A stretch of 64,000 bases of DNA from Candidatus Moraniibacteriota bacterium (GTDB lineage Bacteria > Patescibacteriota > Minisyncoccia > Moranbacterales > GCA-2747515). The notes beneath the pieces were generated by a model. The model was not told the DNA's origin. It saw only the letters and a list, made by a program, of their open reading frames with translations, and did not search any database. The first letter of the stretch is position 1. The number at the start of each line of letters is the position of its first letter. Both the position numbers and the translations under genes were made by a program. Shown here one piece after another: positions 1 through 9,553 of this stretch. The stretch lies in NCBI GenBank assembly GCA_046116545.1, contig CP175956.1, positions 705,734 to 769,733 on the forward strand, in the 5' to 3' direction.

Positions 1-489
1 ATTTTCAAACATATCTCTTTCCAACATTTGTTGTACGGTAAAATTACTTGCTAACTCTAAAACTTCAGCTAAATTCAATTTACTTAACCACTCAGAATTA
101 TATTTTATTAAAAAAGGATTTTCCTCATCTTCAAAATCTATGATATTTTTAACTTGATTTCTCCAATCTTTAAAATTTGCTTGAACATCTGCAACAGTTT
201 GTTTCACTCTTGCTGAAGTTTTATCGCTAGGATCTCCAATCATACCTGTAAAATCACCAATAAGGAATATAACTTGATGTCCCAAACGTCTAAAATCCTC
301 CAAAACCAATAGATTTTGAGCGTGTCCTAAATGTAGTGATTTTGCTGTAGCATCAAAACCCATATAAAACTTTAATTTTTCACCACTCAACAGTCTTTCT
401 TTAAATTCTTCTTTTGTAGGCAAAAAATCTTTTAATACCCCCCTATCCAGGATCTCATCAATTTGTTTTTCTAATTTTTTATCTGTCAT
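1..489 (-). CDS. tyrS: Tyrosyl-tRNA synthetase, N-terminal part (runs off window start)
   Basis: Manual translation MTDKKLEKQIDEILDRG...FYMGFDATAKSLHLGH...LIGDFTGMIGDPSDK; HIGH-like HLGH and GDPS motifs of TyrRS. Confidence 0.95.
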   Translation of the reverse strand, partial: MTDKKLEKQIDEILDRGVLKDFLPTKEEFKERLLSGEKLKFYMGFDATAKSLHLGHAQNLLVLEDFRRLGHQVIFLIGDFTGMIGDPSDKTSARVKQTVADVQANFKDWRNQVKNIIDFEDEENPFLIKYNSEWLSKLNLAEVLELASNFTVQQMLERDMFEN

Positions 490-505
490 AATATTATTTA
501 TAATA

Positions 506-542
506 AAGGTCCAACATTCGGGCAATCCGAAGGTTGGACCTT
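506..542. repeat. Palindromic repeat family A (AAGGTCCAAC...GTTGGACCTT)
   Basis: Inverted repeat; same arms recur at 30811, 32532 and 38462. Confidence 0.8.
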
Positions 543-659
543 GAATGCACACAATAATTGAACTAAATTTCACTTTTTATCTGTTATAATACAATCATAC
601 TAGTATAAACACCCTTTTGCAAGTTGCTAAATTCTTTAATTAAAGTACTTTATCAGCTA

Positions 660-688
660 TTGACAAAATTTACATGATATGCTAATAT
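660..688 (+). promoter_or_regulatory. Sigma70-type promoter driving the 1-kb non-coding unit
   Basis: TTGACA (660-665), 17-bp spacer, extended -10 TG-c-TAATAT (680-688). Confidence 0.75.
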
Positions 689-694
689 GCATTG

Positions 695-1712
695 TTGACG
701 TAAAAAACGTCACAAATACATTAACAATTGAAAAATGACTTAGAGACAAATTTCAAAGGAGTCTATCATCTCTGTGGTGAAGAATATACAATTATGTATT
801 CGTATATCTATAAATATATGATACATAATTGTATATTTTTCCCAAATACCTATAAAAGGCACGCCTGTGCCACAAATCAAAGGAGGTGATTTTAAATGAG
901 GAGTCCGCCAATGCAGAACATTCAATCTATTAAAGTAATGTGAATCTACCCCGGCCGCCGGCACACGCCATAAAGTTGCGGTGCCAAACCCGCGCTCCCA
1001 ACCTGTCGCAAGGGAGCATTATAAAAAAAGCGATAAATTCCGGACGTGCCTATATTGAAAACGGCCTTATCCGGAAAGGAGAACACATGAAAATTCCCTG
1101 CCACCAGCGACGATGCTGGCATAGGTGGTTTGGTTAGCTGTTTCAAAAATGAATTACTGTCTACAGTATCAAGTTAGAAGGTCAAAATATGACCACTGTA
1201 GATATTCATTACTGTTGTAATTCATGGCCCGCAGCCGTGTCCGATTTTACGGACAAGCGGGAAAACATACAAATTACACAACCGTTCGTTGACTCCCAGC
1301 CGGCATTCGCCCTATAGGCGGTGCTGACATGGAAGATTTGTCTCTAGTTTCATCTACACTATAAAGCTCACAAACGATTTAGTGAAACAAATCACCGTGA
1401 GCGTAGTAGAGATAGAATTATCCCCACCGCCTCAAACCCGGCCACAGTCGCATCGGGCATTACGTACTCAAGTTTACAAAGAGAGCACGTACGCACCCGC
1501 TGCTATGATTCTGAGAGGCCCCGTAAAAAGGCACAACTGTTTGATGATTTTATCCTGTCCATACCATGACCGCCCCAAATATAATTTGGAGCCGGCCAAG
1601 CAATTTGGAAGGATATATCACAAGTAGTGCCACGCTGGTTGGGAGTCATTTTTTTAAATGTATTGAAATATAACGGGACCATTAGCAAAAGCTTTTGGCC
1701 CCGTTTTTCTTT
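695..1712 (+). ncRNA. Candidate large (~1 kb) structured ncRNA, class unknown
   Basis: Bounded by promoter and terminator; more GC-rich than flanks; no credible long ORF; many hairpins; long-range helices 731-740/1644-1653, 741-751/1336-1346 and 1290-1304/1634-1648 (G-U pairs favour + strand). Confidence 0.7.
1672..1712 (+). terminator. Intrinsic terminator
   Basis: AACGGGACCA...TGGCCCCGTT stem followed by T-rich run. Confidence 0.75.
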
Positions 1713-1733
1713 ATCTATTTTTATTTTATACTA

Positions 1734-1762
1734 TTGACAAAACAATGAAAATCTGCTATTAT
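1734..1762 (+). promoter_or_regulatory. Sigma70-type promoter for the 1790 ORF
   Basis: TTGACA, 17 bp, TG-c-TATTAT. Confidence 0.65.
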
Positions 1763-1789
1763 TTTTAGTTAAGTTTACAATATATATAC

Positions 1790-2293
1790 ATGACAACAAC
1801 AGAACGACTAAAACAGCATATCGAAGATTTAGAAAAACGTAAAATTGCGTTATTTTTCAACGTACAAAATACTGCAGCCACAATTAATGGTCGTGTTTAC
1901 AATTACTATATAATAATAAGTCTTGCTTCTCTTTTTGTGCTACTTGCAGGACAACTAACTACTGGCAGAGATTCTTTTTTGATATTTTGGAGCGGCTTAT
2001 TTGCATTCACTGCATTAGTTATTTCACTTGCTCAATATCTTTTTGCCTTAGATAAAATATCAGGAAAATTATACAAAAATATTTGCTCTATTTACAAAGG
2101 CTACGATGATGAATTTTATCTACTGAAGAAATTTAATACTGGCGATATCGAAGAAGACATCATTAGACAATTTTACGTAAACAAATCAAAAGAATTAGAA
2201 AGATATGAGTGTCACGTTGCCACACCAAATTGGTTTATATGGGTAAACATTTCACTTCTTGCTGGAGCAATAATTTTACTAATGCTTGCATAA
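1790..2293 (+). CDS. Hypothetical membrane protein (3 TM)
   Basis: 167-aa ORF with hydrophobic segments, own promoter and downstream hairpin. Confidence 0.7.
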   Translation: MTTTERLKQHIEDLEKRKIALFFNVQNTAATINGRVYNYYIIISLASLFVLLAGQLTTGRDSFLIFWSGLFAFTALVISLAQYLFALDKISGKLYKNICSIYKGYDDEFYLLKKFNTGDIEEDIIRQFYVNKSKELERYECHVATPNWFIWVNISLLAGAIILLMLA

Positions 2294-2390
2294 GCATTGT
2301 TCCTATAAACAAAAAACCGATATAAATTTTAGATTATACCGGTTTTTATTTTGTTCAAAATATTAACTAAACTTCACCTTGTCTATTATA

Positions 2391-2966
2391 TTAATAATTC
2401 ATGCTTTGAATTTCAAAATACGATTGAGGATGTAAACATGCTGGACATTTTGTTGGAGCTTCAACACCCTCATGCAAGTATCCACAATTACGACATTTCC
2501 ACACGATTGTCTCCCCAACTTTGAAAACATTTCCATCTTCAAGATTTTTATATAATTTTCGATAACGATCTTCATGAGCCTTTTCAACCTCTGCAATTTT
2601 TTCAAATGTTACTGCAATTTCTACAAAACCTTCTTCACGAGCAGTCTCCGCAAATGCTGGATATAATTCTGTCCATTCTTCATTTTCACCATCTGCAGAT
2701 GCTTTAAGATTGTCCAATGTTGTTCCAATCTTTCCTGCTGGATATGTTGCCGTAATTTCTACCATTTCACCTTCAAGAAACTTAAAAAATCTTTTTGCAT
2801 GTTCTTTTTCATTTAAAGCTGTTTCTGTAAAGATAGCTGCCATCTGTTCCAAGCCCTCTTTTTTAGCAGCACTAGCAAAATAATCATACCTCATACGTGC
2901 TTGTGACTCTCCAGCAAATGCTTTAAGTAAGTTTTGTTCTGTTTTTGTTCCTTTTATTGATTCCAT
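2391..2966 (-). CDS. rbr: Rubrerythrin
   Basis: [20 protein letters not shown] diiron ligands, C-terminal CRNC...CPAC rubredoxin domain. Confidence 0.95.
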   Translation of the reverse strand: MESIKGTKTEQNLLKAFAGESQARMRYDYFASAAKKEGLEQMAAIFTETALNEKEHAKRFFKFLEGEMVEITATYPAGKIGTTLDNLKASADGENEEWTELYPAFAETAREEGFVEIAVTFEKIAEVEKAHEDRYRKLYKNLEDGNVFKVGETIVWKCRNCGYLHEGVEAPTKCPACLHPQSYFEIQSMNY

Positions 2967-2996
2967 AATCTATATATCTTTAAAAATTATAATTAA

Positions 2997-3911
2997 TTAC
3001 ATATTTTCAAATACTGGTATGATTTGTTTTTTACGAGATACTAATTTGTCTACAAATAAAATATCATCTTTATTTTCAGCTTCAAACAATCTTGTAAATA
3101 ATGCAATTTCTTCCTCGCCTGCACCAAGTGTATAACTTTTTTCATCCAATATATCCACAATAACAAAAAATACACCTTGTAATTTATCAGCTGCCTTAAT
3201 ATCCTTTAATTTTGCAACAATCTCATCTTTTCTATCTAATCCAAAGTCAACATTAGTAGTTTCCATTACACCAATACCATATTCACCATCTTTAAATGTA
3301 AATGATTTATAGTCTAATCTTATTAACTCTTCAACTTCAATATCTCCCAAATTACTTTTTGCATTAAATAATTTCAAACTAAACTCTTCCAAATCATCAA
3401 TTCCAACAATATCATTTAACTTATCAGCCAACATCTTATCGACATCTGTTGTCGTAGGTGAACGGAAAAACAAAGTATCAGAAATAATACCTGAAAGCAA
3501 AAGGCCAGCAATACTCTTTGTAAGCTCAGTATTTGTATCAAAATATTTCTCAGCAATAATAGAACAAGATGAACCAAGTGGTTTTATGAAAATTGAAATT
3601 GGCTTATCTGTTTCAATTTTCACCTTATGATGATCAATAATTTCTACAATATCAAGATCTTTAATATTATCAATACTTTGCTTTTCTTCATTATGGTCAA
3701 GTAAGATAATTTCAGTACCATGTGGTAATTCAGTAATCTGCTCTGGTGCATCCACACCAAACTGCTCCAAAACAAATTCTGTTTCTTTATTTAATTTTCC
3801 TAGTGCAAACGCTTGAGCCTCTACACCCTGTTTAGCAAGAAAATTCTGATAAGCGATCCCACTACAAGTAGTATCTGTATCTGGATTTTTATGCCCTATA
3901 ATATGTTTCAT
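2997..3911 (-). CDS. ppaC: Manganese-dependent inorganic pyrophosphatase (DHH family)
   Basis: GHKNPDTD, DHN, IDHH, SDTL, SRKKQ motifs. Confidence 0.95.
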   Translation of the reverse strand: MKHIIGHKNPDTDTTCSGIAYQNFLAKQGVEAQAFALGKLNKETEFVLEQFGVDAPEQITELPHGTEIILLDHNEEKQSIDNIKDLDIVEIIDHHKVKIETDKPISIFIKPLGSSCSIIAEKYFDTNTELTKSIAGLLLSGIISDTLFFRSPTTTDVDKMLADKLNDIVGIDDLEEFSLKLFNAKSNLGDIEVEELIRLDYKSFTFKDGEYGIGVMETTNVDFGLDRKDEIVAKLKDIKAADKLQGVFFVIVDILDEKSYTLGAGEEEIALFTRLFEAENKDDILFVDKLVSRKKQIIPVFENM

Positions 3912-3961
3912 GTTTTTTCTTTATTAACAAATAATTGAATTTCATGTAATACCCTGAGACT

Positions 3962-4030
3962 TGTCATTCCGTAAAATAATATTTATTGCAGAACGAAGTG
4001 ATGCATTATAAATATATTTGTACGGAATCT
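3962..4030. repeat. Palindromic repeat family C variant (TGTCATTCCGTAAAATA...ATTTGTACGGAATCT)
   Basis: Near-identical arms at 55344-55410. Confidence 0.7.
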
Positions 4031-4078
4031 GTACGAATAATTTAAGATGAACTAATGCTTAACCTAATACAAATAGTA

Positions 4079-4390
4079 TCACAAACTATCTTTTTTGCGA
4101 ATCATTCTACCTTTAATATTTTCATATTCTCGGTCTTCATTCTTTTTCATCTTTACAATAAGCTCCTTTTCCAAATCAATTCCCAGCATTTCAGAAAGCC
4201 CTAATAAATAAATAGCAACATCAGCTAACTCTTCCCCTACATTATCATCCTTTTTATACCAAGCAAGCCAAGCCTCATTGACCTCACTATTCATAAGACA
4301 AAATTCCATTGATACATCATCAATATTGAAACCCTTTTCCACTTTATTTTCAAAAGCCTCTGCTTGTAATTTTTTTAAATTAATTGTCAT
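4079..4390 (-). CDS. MazG-like NTP pyrophosphohydrolase
   Basis: SEVNEA...GEELADVAIYL motif. Confidence 0.85.
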   Translation of the reverse strand: MTINLKKLQAEAFENKVEKGFNIDDVSMEFCLMNSEVNEAWLAWYKKDDNVGEELADVAIYLLGLSEMLGIDLEKELIVKMKKNEDREYENIKGRMIRKKDSL

Positions 4391-4457
4391 GTGTTTATAT
4401 TAAAAAATATTCAACTAAAAATTCATTCTCAATTTACTTCCTATAAAATTATCATAC

Positions 4458-4793
4458 TTAAACTTCTTTCTTTAGATTATCTTTTTTAACTATTTTTATA
4501 CCTTTTACTCCAAAAATAAATAAAAGTATAATTACTATTTTTAAAATATAATTATCACTTATACTTATAAAGTCTCTAGTCATAGGAGTAATTGTCCCAA
4601 AAATTAAGTGACTTAAAATACTAATTGGCAAAGTTAAAAATAACCAACTTTGCTTTGGCACATAAATTCTCATTTTCAAAAAAATTCTTGATAATAACGG
4701 CGAAAGTAACCAAATGCCCACAAAGGCTACTATAAAATCAAAAATAGCATACTCCCCTATACGAAATTGTCTCAAAAATTCTAACAAACTCAT
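4458..4793 (-). CDS. Hypothetical membrane protein
   Basis: 111 aa, three hydrophobic helices. Confidence 0.7.
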   Translation of the reverse strand: MSLLEFLRQFRIGEYAIFDFIVAFVGIWLLSPLLSRIFLKMRIYVPKQSWLFLTLPISILSHLIFGTITPMTRDFISISDNYILKIVIILLFIFGVKGIKIVKKDNLKKEV

Positions 4794-4889
4794 ATTTTAC
4801 AAAAATTAATGATATATTATAAAATTTATTATTCACACCCTAATCATCCACCATCCAAATTACACTTCATTCTGAGCCAACTAAATCCT

Positions 4890-5414
4890 TCATAATAAAG
4901 TCTGATTTGAATTAATCTTTTCTATTTTTAATAATTTCTTTTTGACAGAGAGTCCCCCACCGTATCCACCCAGGCCTCCACCACTTTCAATAACTCTATG
5001 ACATGGAATCACAAGTCCAATTGCATTTGCACCATTAGCTGATGCAACAGCTCGTACAGCTTTTTCATTATTTATACTTTTTGCTAATTCTAAATATGAT
5101 ACCGTTTTACCATATTCAATATTCCTAAGAGCATTCCAAACTTGTTTTTGAAAGTCAGTACCCACTGTGATTATTGGCATATCAAATTCTTTTCTCTCTC
5201 CAACTAAATATTCATCAATTTGTATTCTTATATCTTTCAAAATCCCATCATTTTTTTCGATAAATACAGCATCAAAGCCCTTTTGCAATCTGTTATCTAC
5301 AATATTTCTCATTTTTCTATATTGAAAATCCAGCAAACATAATTTATCATTATATGAGCCTAAAATCAACTCTCCTATACTCGTTTTATAATATTGAATA
5401 TTTATGTTACTCAT
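4890..5414 (-). CDS. ogt: Methylated-DNA--protein-cysteine methyltransferase
   Basis: GTDFQKQVW, AVRAVASA, IPCHRV active site. Confidence 0.95.
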   Translation of the reverse strand: MSNINIQYYKTSIGELILGSYNDKLCLLDFQYRKMRNIVDNRLQKGFDAVFIEKNDGILKDIRIQIDEYLVGERKEFDMPIITVGTDFQKQVWNALRNIEYGKTVSYLELAKSINNEKAVRAVASANGANAIGLVIPCHRVIESGGGLGGYGGGLSVKKKLLKIEKINSNQTLL

Positions 5415-5447
5415 ATTATTAAAATTTGCTATTAGATTATATACTAT

Positions 5448-5789
5448 CTATTCATCAATAACATCTTGCACTCTTTTTGATTCATCTGATTTTGTAAGAG
5501 TTAATCTAACAACACTGTCTTCTATCGCCTTTAAATCATGTGGTACATCTCCTTCCAATGCTAATAAAGCACCTCTTTCCAAATTTAACATTTCACCTTG
5601 TACACCAAAATCAATTTTACCCTCAACAATTTCAACAACAATTGCAAAAGGTGTTTGATGTTTATTCATTATCTGACCTTCCTTCATAACTATTCTTATT
5701 TCCTTGGTAAATTGTGTTTCAAATAATACATTTATTACAGGCTTATCTTCTGTATAATTCAAATTTTCTAATAAATCTGCTGTTTTCAT
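5448..5789 (-). CDS. Cupin domain protein
   Basis: KHQTP...VEGKIDF...VPHDLKA cupin motifs. Confidence 0.85.
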   Translation of the reverse strand: MKTADLLENLNYTEDKPVINVLFETQFTKEIRIVMKEGQIMNKHQTPFAIVVEIVEGKIDFGVQGEMLNLERGALLALEGDVPHDLKAIEDSVVRLTLTKSDESKRVQDVIDE

Positions 5790-5903
5790 AATAATATAAC
5801 TTTTAAAATTTAATCTTTTTTCTTAAATGACAAGTATAGTATAACACAAAAAAATCCCCGCACTGCTTTACATCAGGGATTTTTTGATTTTTATAAATTC
5901 ATA

Positions 5904-6311
5904 TTACTCACCTTGAACCTCTGCGAAGTAAAGAATATAACCATTCAAGTCCTTAATAACAAATTCATCAGCTCCATACCAGGTCTTATGCAAGTCTTTT
6001 ACAATCTCAACTTTATTTTTTACTTTTTCATAAAAATCTTTTGTATCCTGCATAGAAATATATAGAGTGAATGTTCCGCCAATTTCTCGCCCTTTCATAT
6101 CTTGTAATTCTGCAATAAACCCATCCTGCCTTTGCAACATTATCTCAACCTCACCATTTTTAAGCATTGCCCAGACAAGCGGTTTTCCAGTAGCTCCATC
6201 CCCTTTTTCTTCATCTATTACCATCACAGTCTTAAATCCTAAATTATTTTTGTAATAATCAACAGTTGCGTTCACATCAGCAACCATCATGTTTGGTGAA
6301 ATTTTTTTCAT
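5904..6311 (-). CDS. VOC/glyoxalase family protein (in-frame upstream start at 6452 possible)
   Basis: SPNMMVADV...YYKNNLGF...TWYGADEFVIKDLNGY. Confidence 0.85.
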   Translation of the reverse strand: MKKISPNMMVADVNATVDYYKNNLGFKTVMVIDEEKGDGATGKPLVWAMLKNGEVEIMLQRQDGFIAELQDMKGREIGGTFTLYISMQDTKDFYEKVKNKVEIVKDLHKTWYGADEFVIKDLNGYILYFAEVQGE

Positions 6312-6509
6312 AGTTTTTGTAGTTAAATGATTAATTGACTCATTAGAACTTTGATTGGACCCATAGTTACTGCACTTCAAAAAATTAAACACAGTCAAAG
6401 TAACAATTGTTACTCCCATGGCCAGGATTAATAATCCCCAAAGTTTTTGCATAGTTTTTTAACATTATTTATTAAATTACTATTTTATTATACCTATTTC
6501 AACTAGTTA

Positions 6510-7271
6510 TTAATTGTACAAAATCGACATAGTCTCATTACTCGGATTATTACCCGTTAATTTTTTATAATCACGATTAAAATGTGCTTGATCAAAATAC
6601 CCCGAAGACAATGCTACTGTAATCAAATTCTCTAAACCTTCTTTAGAAATTTTTTTATGAGCTTTTTGAAACCTCATAATACGAGCAAATTTTTTTGGTG
6701 TTAACCCCATTTTTTTGCTAAAAACTCGTTCTAGATTTTTAGAGGACAAACCATAAATACTTGATAACTTATCAATCATCATATTTGGATTATCGGTCAA
6801 ATCTATTAAAGCGTGCAGAAAATCATCATTCAACTCATGCTCTTCAAAAATATTTTCAAGTAATGGTGTAATTATTGAAACAATCTCATCATTTTCTGCA
6901 AATATATCAATACTCAACTTTTTGTAGATGTCTTCATTTAATTTCCTTAATTCAATCATACTATTAGTTAATTTACTCATATCAGTACCGAGTAAATAAA
7001 ACAAAATTCCAGGTTTGAAACGAATTCCAAAAAATTCCATACCACTAGGAATTGGTATTAGTTGAGCTTCTTCCATAATACCCGTTACAAAAGTATCATT
7101 GACTCCTTCTAATTTTTTAGAGTTATTAAGATAAAATATAATATCACTGCACCCATCAGGTACAACTGGCCAATTTATCACCTCCCCTAAAGTATTTCTA
7201 GAAAACCAAAAAGCATCAATATATTTTTGCAAATTGCTATTTGGTTTAAATTCTATAAGCTGAGTTATCAT
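6510..7271 (-). CDS. AraC-family transcriptional regulator (DUF6597-like N-terminus)
   Basis: VVPDGCSDIIF, GIRFKPG, GLTPKKFARIMRF, GYFDQAHFNRDYKKLTG. Confidence 0.9.
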   Translation of the reverse strand: MITQLIEFKPNSNLQKYIDAFWFSRNTLGEVINWPVVPDGCSDIIFYLNNSKKLEGVNDTFVTGIMEEAQLIPIPSGMEFFGIRFKPGILFYLLGTDMSKLTNSMIELRKLNEDIYKKLSIDIFAENDEIVSIITPLLENIFEEHELNDDFLHALIDLTDNPNMMIDKLSSIYGLSSKNLERVFSKKMGLTPKKFARIMRFQKAHKKISKEGLENLITVALSSGYFDQAHFNRDYKKLTGNNPSNETMSILYN

Positions 7272-7274
7272 TAT

Positions 7275-7532
7275 TTATTTTTCAATTCTATCAACAGTTA
7301 TAATTCTAAAAGTATTTGAATTTATAGTTATTTTAATATTATTTTCTATGTTGGTAACATAGAAATTTTTCCCAATTTTTGAGAAAGACTTTATTTCAGT
7401 TTCATTTAAAATTTTAGATATCAATTCTTCTATTTGTTTTTTTGAAAATTTGATATTAAGTTTTTTATTTATTCTCTCATAAACAAGTTCTGTATAACAA
7501 ATATTATTTAATATTTCTTTTTTATCTATCAT
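7275..7532 (-). CDS. DUF3781-like protein
   Basis: TELVYERINKKL...GKNFYV...ITINSNTFRIIT pattern. Confidence 0.7.
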   Translation of the reverse strand: MIDKKEILNNICYTELVYERINKKLNIKFSKKQIEELISKILNETEIKSFSKIGKNFYVTNIENNIKITINSNTFRIITVDRIEK

Positions 7533-7730
7533 TGCAATATGTAAATCAGATTTTTTATAAACATTATCCCCACGTAAAGTTTTTTTAATCTTCTAGTATT
7601 TAATTACATCCCTTTGTGGTGCAATTTCCTTTTTGTAATTTGTGGTTTTTTTGAATTTTTGTTCTTTGTGCCCCTCCTTTATCAAATCACCATAAGTTTT
7701 TTTGCCAACACTTTCATTAAACCAATCTAA
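7533..7730 (-). pseudogene. Frameshifted remnant of a DUF6434/SAP-associated protein C-terminus
   Basis: Segments LDWFNESVGKKTYGDLI, KEIAPQ and KKTLRGDNVYKKSDL in broken frames, no start. Confidence 0.4.
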
Positions 7731-7812
7731 TAAGTATATTATAGCATAAAAAAAGTCCAACTCTTTATTTATAAAGAGTTGGACTGTATGTTCTGCTTTT
7801 CATAACATTGTG

Positions 7813-8016
7813 TTACATAACATTTTCACAATAATATTTTCTATGTATTGCAGCCATCTTACTACCATCAGGGTCAATGACTTTTATCATTTTACTTATC
7901 TCCTCTATCGAAGAGACATCATCAGATGTATTTCGTTGTTCAAAAGATTTGTTTCGTCGCTCCCAAAAATCCATCATGTGCATACGTACATGCATTGGTT
8001 GTATAACTTTAGCCAT
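7813..8016 (-). CDS. Small hypothetical protein
   Basis: GGAGG Shine-Dalgarno before ATG at 8016; hairpin 7754-7785 downstream. Confidence 0.55.
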   Translation of the reverse strand: MAKVIQPMHVRMHMMDFWERRNKSFEQRNTSDDVSSIEEISKMIKVIDPDGSKMAAIHRKYYCENVM

Positions 8017-8136
8017 AATTATCCTCCAATGTTCATTGTGAAACAACGTTAATTTTCTCTCTATTAAAATTATACCACAAAATTCAAAACACATCTCAAA
8101 TGAAATGTGTTTATACAATATTCTTGCAACTGATAT

Positions 8137-8667
8137 TTATTCAAGAACTAATTTTTTGTATTCAAATCTATTTAGATTATCTGCTATGTCTTGATAACCT
8201 TTACCACAAACCATGCCACCAGCAATAAAATCTTCCTCAGTAACGTCAGCAAGACAAAAATCAGGCATCTGAAAATTATCTTTTTCATCTATAGATTCAA
8301 ATTCAACATCCACAAGAATAAGTCCTTTTAAAGCATCCTGAAAAATATCAAACTCAACAATTGTCCCATTATAATCATAATTATATCTTATTTTACGCAC
8401 TCTCTTTCCTTTAATCTGTTGATTTAATGCATCAAATTCTTTTTCAGTAAGAACTATAGTCTGCTCTCTAGCATGTGAATGATCTCCTTCATCAATAAGC
8501 TCTTTTTTTGTTAATTCAAAGTTATCACCATCTTTACGCAATCTTAAACTGGGATGCACACTTGCTTTTGGGATATACACATCAATAATTTCCTTAAACT
8601 TACATTCACCTAAATTTTGAGGAAGTTCTTTCGCTAAATATGTTTTTTCTATTTCAATCATATACAC
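8137..8667 (-). CDS. CYTH/triphosphate tunnel metalloenzyme
   Basis: EIEKTYL, LRLRK, KIRY, DVEF motifs. Confidence 0.85.
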   Translation of the reverse strand: MYMIEIEKTYLAKELPQNLGECKFKEIIDVYIPKASVHPSLRLRKDGDNFELTKKELIDEGDHSHAREQTIVLTEKEFDALNQQIKGKRVRKIRYNYDYNGTIVEFDIFQDALKGLILVDVEFESIDEKDNFQMPDFCLADVTEEDFIAGGMVCGKGYQDIADNLNRFEYKKLVLE

Positions 8668-8696
8668 ATAAATAAATTATTCTAATTAAACAATTG

Positions 8697-9050
8697 TTAA
8701 TTACCTAATTCTCCACAATGAAAAAAATAATTACATCGATCACTTGAATCAAGGGTAATTAAGTAGACGCCTCTAAAAGTCTTGGTGTTATTATCATCAT
8801 CTGTATATATTAATTGCCATTTAACTGTATATTTGTCATTAACAGCAGAAAACACTTCAGTTTCAATAGAAATATTTTGTTGTCCTTTAACATATTCCCA
8901 TTCTTTTCTTAAATTACCAAAACTAGATACTTTTAAAAATGGTGTTTCCCAATATTCAACATCTTTTGAAAATAGACTTAGTACTTTTTCAATGTCATGT
9001 GTTTTCCAAGACGACTGAAATTGACTTAACCATTTCTCTATTTTTTTCAT
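8697..9050 (-). CDS. SnoaL/NTF2-like protein
   Basis: W...DIEKVLSLFSKDVEY pattern. Confidence 0.75.
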   Translation of the reverse strand: MKKIEKWLSQFQSSWKTHDIEKVLSLFSKDVEYWETPFLKVSSFGNLRKEWEYVKGQQNISIETEVFSAVNDKYTVKWQLIYTDDDNNTKTFRGVYLITLDSSDRCNYFFHCGELGN

Positions 9051-9152
9051 ACAAACTTAGGACTTATTAAGAATATTAAATACTATTTTGTACAACTAAT
9101 TTTTATATGGAAAATTGTACATTAGTAAAATTATCTATACATTACAGAAATT

Positions 9153-9527
9153 TTATTTTAATCCCAATCGTTTCTTGGCAATTTTGTATTGTTTTGAATT
9201 TAATTGTCCGTTGGCTCGCATCTCTTCTATTTGCTTAGCCATTTCCTCTTTACTTTCACCATCAGCTCCACCTTGTTTTGCAAATGCTTGTGCAAATACT
9301 TCTTGTCGTTTCTCAGGTGACATTTTTTTAAGTCCTTTAAGTGCCATCTTTTGCATTCGTCCCATTTTGGGCATTCCTGGCATATCTCCAGCAAGCATTT
9401 GGTCTATCATTTCATCTGTGATTTCAGGCATTTGACCACCAAGCATTTCTTCAGCTTGTTTTTTTGCAACTGCTGGTTCAATTTCTTTTTTCTTTTCTTT
9501 CTTTTTGAACATGTCCTTAAATCCCAT
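9153..9527 (-). CDS. Hypothetical Met/Lys-rich protein
   Basis: 124-aa ORF following secF. Confidence 0.7.
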   Translation of the reverse strand: MGFKDMFKKKEKKKEIEPAVAKKQAEEMLGGQMPEITDEMIDQMLAGDMPGMPKMGRMQKMALKGLKKMSPEKRQEVFAQAFAKQGGADGESKEEMAKQIEEMRANGQLNSKQYKIAKKRLGLK

Positions 9528-9553
9528 ATTTCTATTATTTTAAATATTATTAC

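Noticed and set aside
1481-1522. GCACGTACG...TTCTGAGAGG resembles group II intron domain V/VI
   Set aside because: No AGC/CGC triad hairpin, spacing is wrong, no GUGYG 5' end in context, no host gene or RT
740-1688. ORF-track ORFs of 61-81 aa on both strands in the 1-kb region
   Set aside because: Short, mutually overlapping, atypical composition, mostly non-ATG starts; the pairing pattern explains the region better
5904-6452. N-terminal TM extension on the VOC protein
   Set aside because: Family homology starts at MKKISPNM (6311); the extension cannot be supported, though it is not excluded
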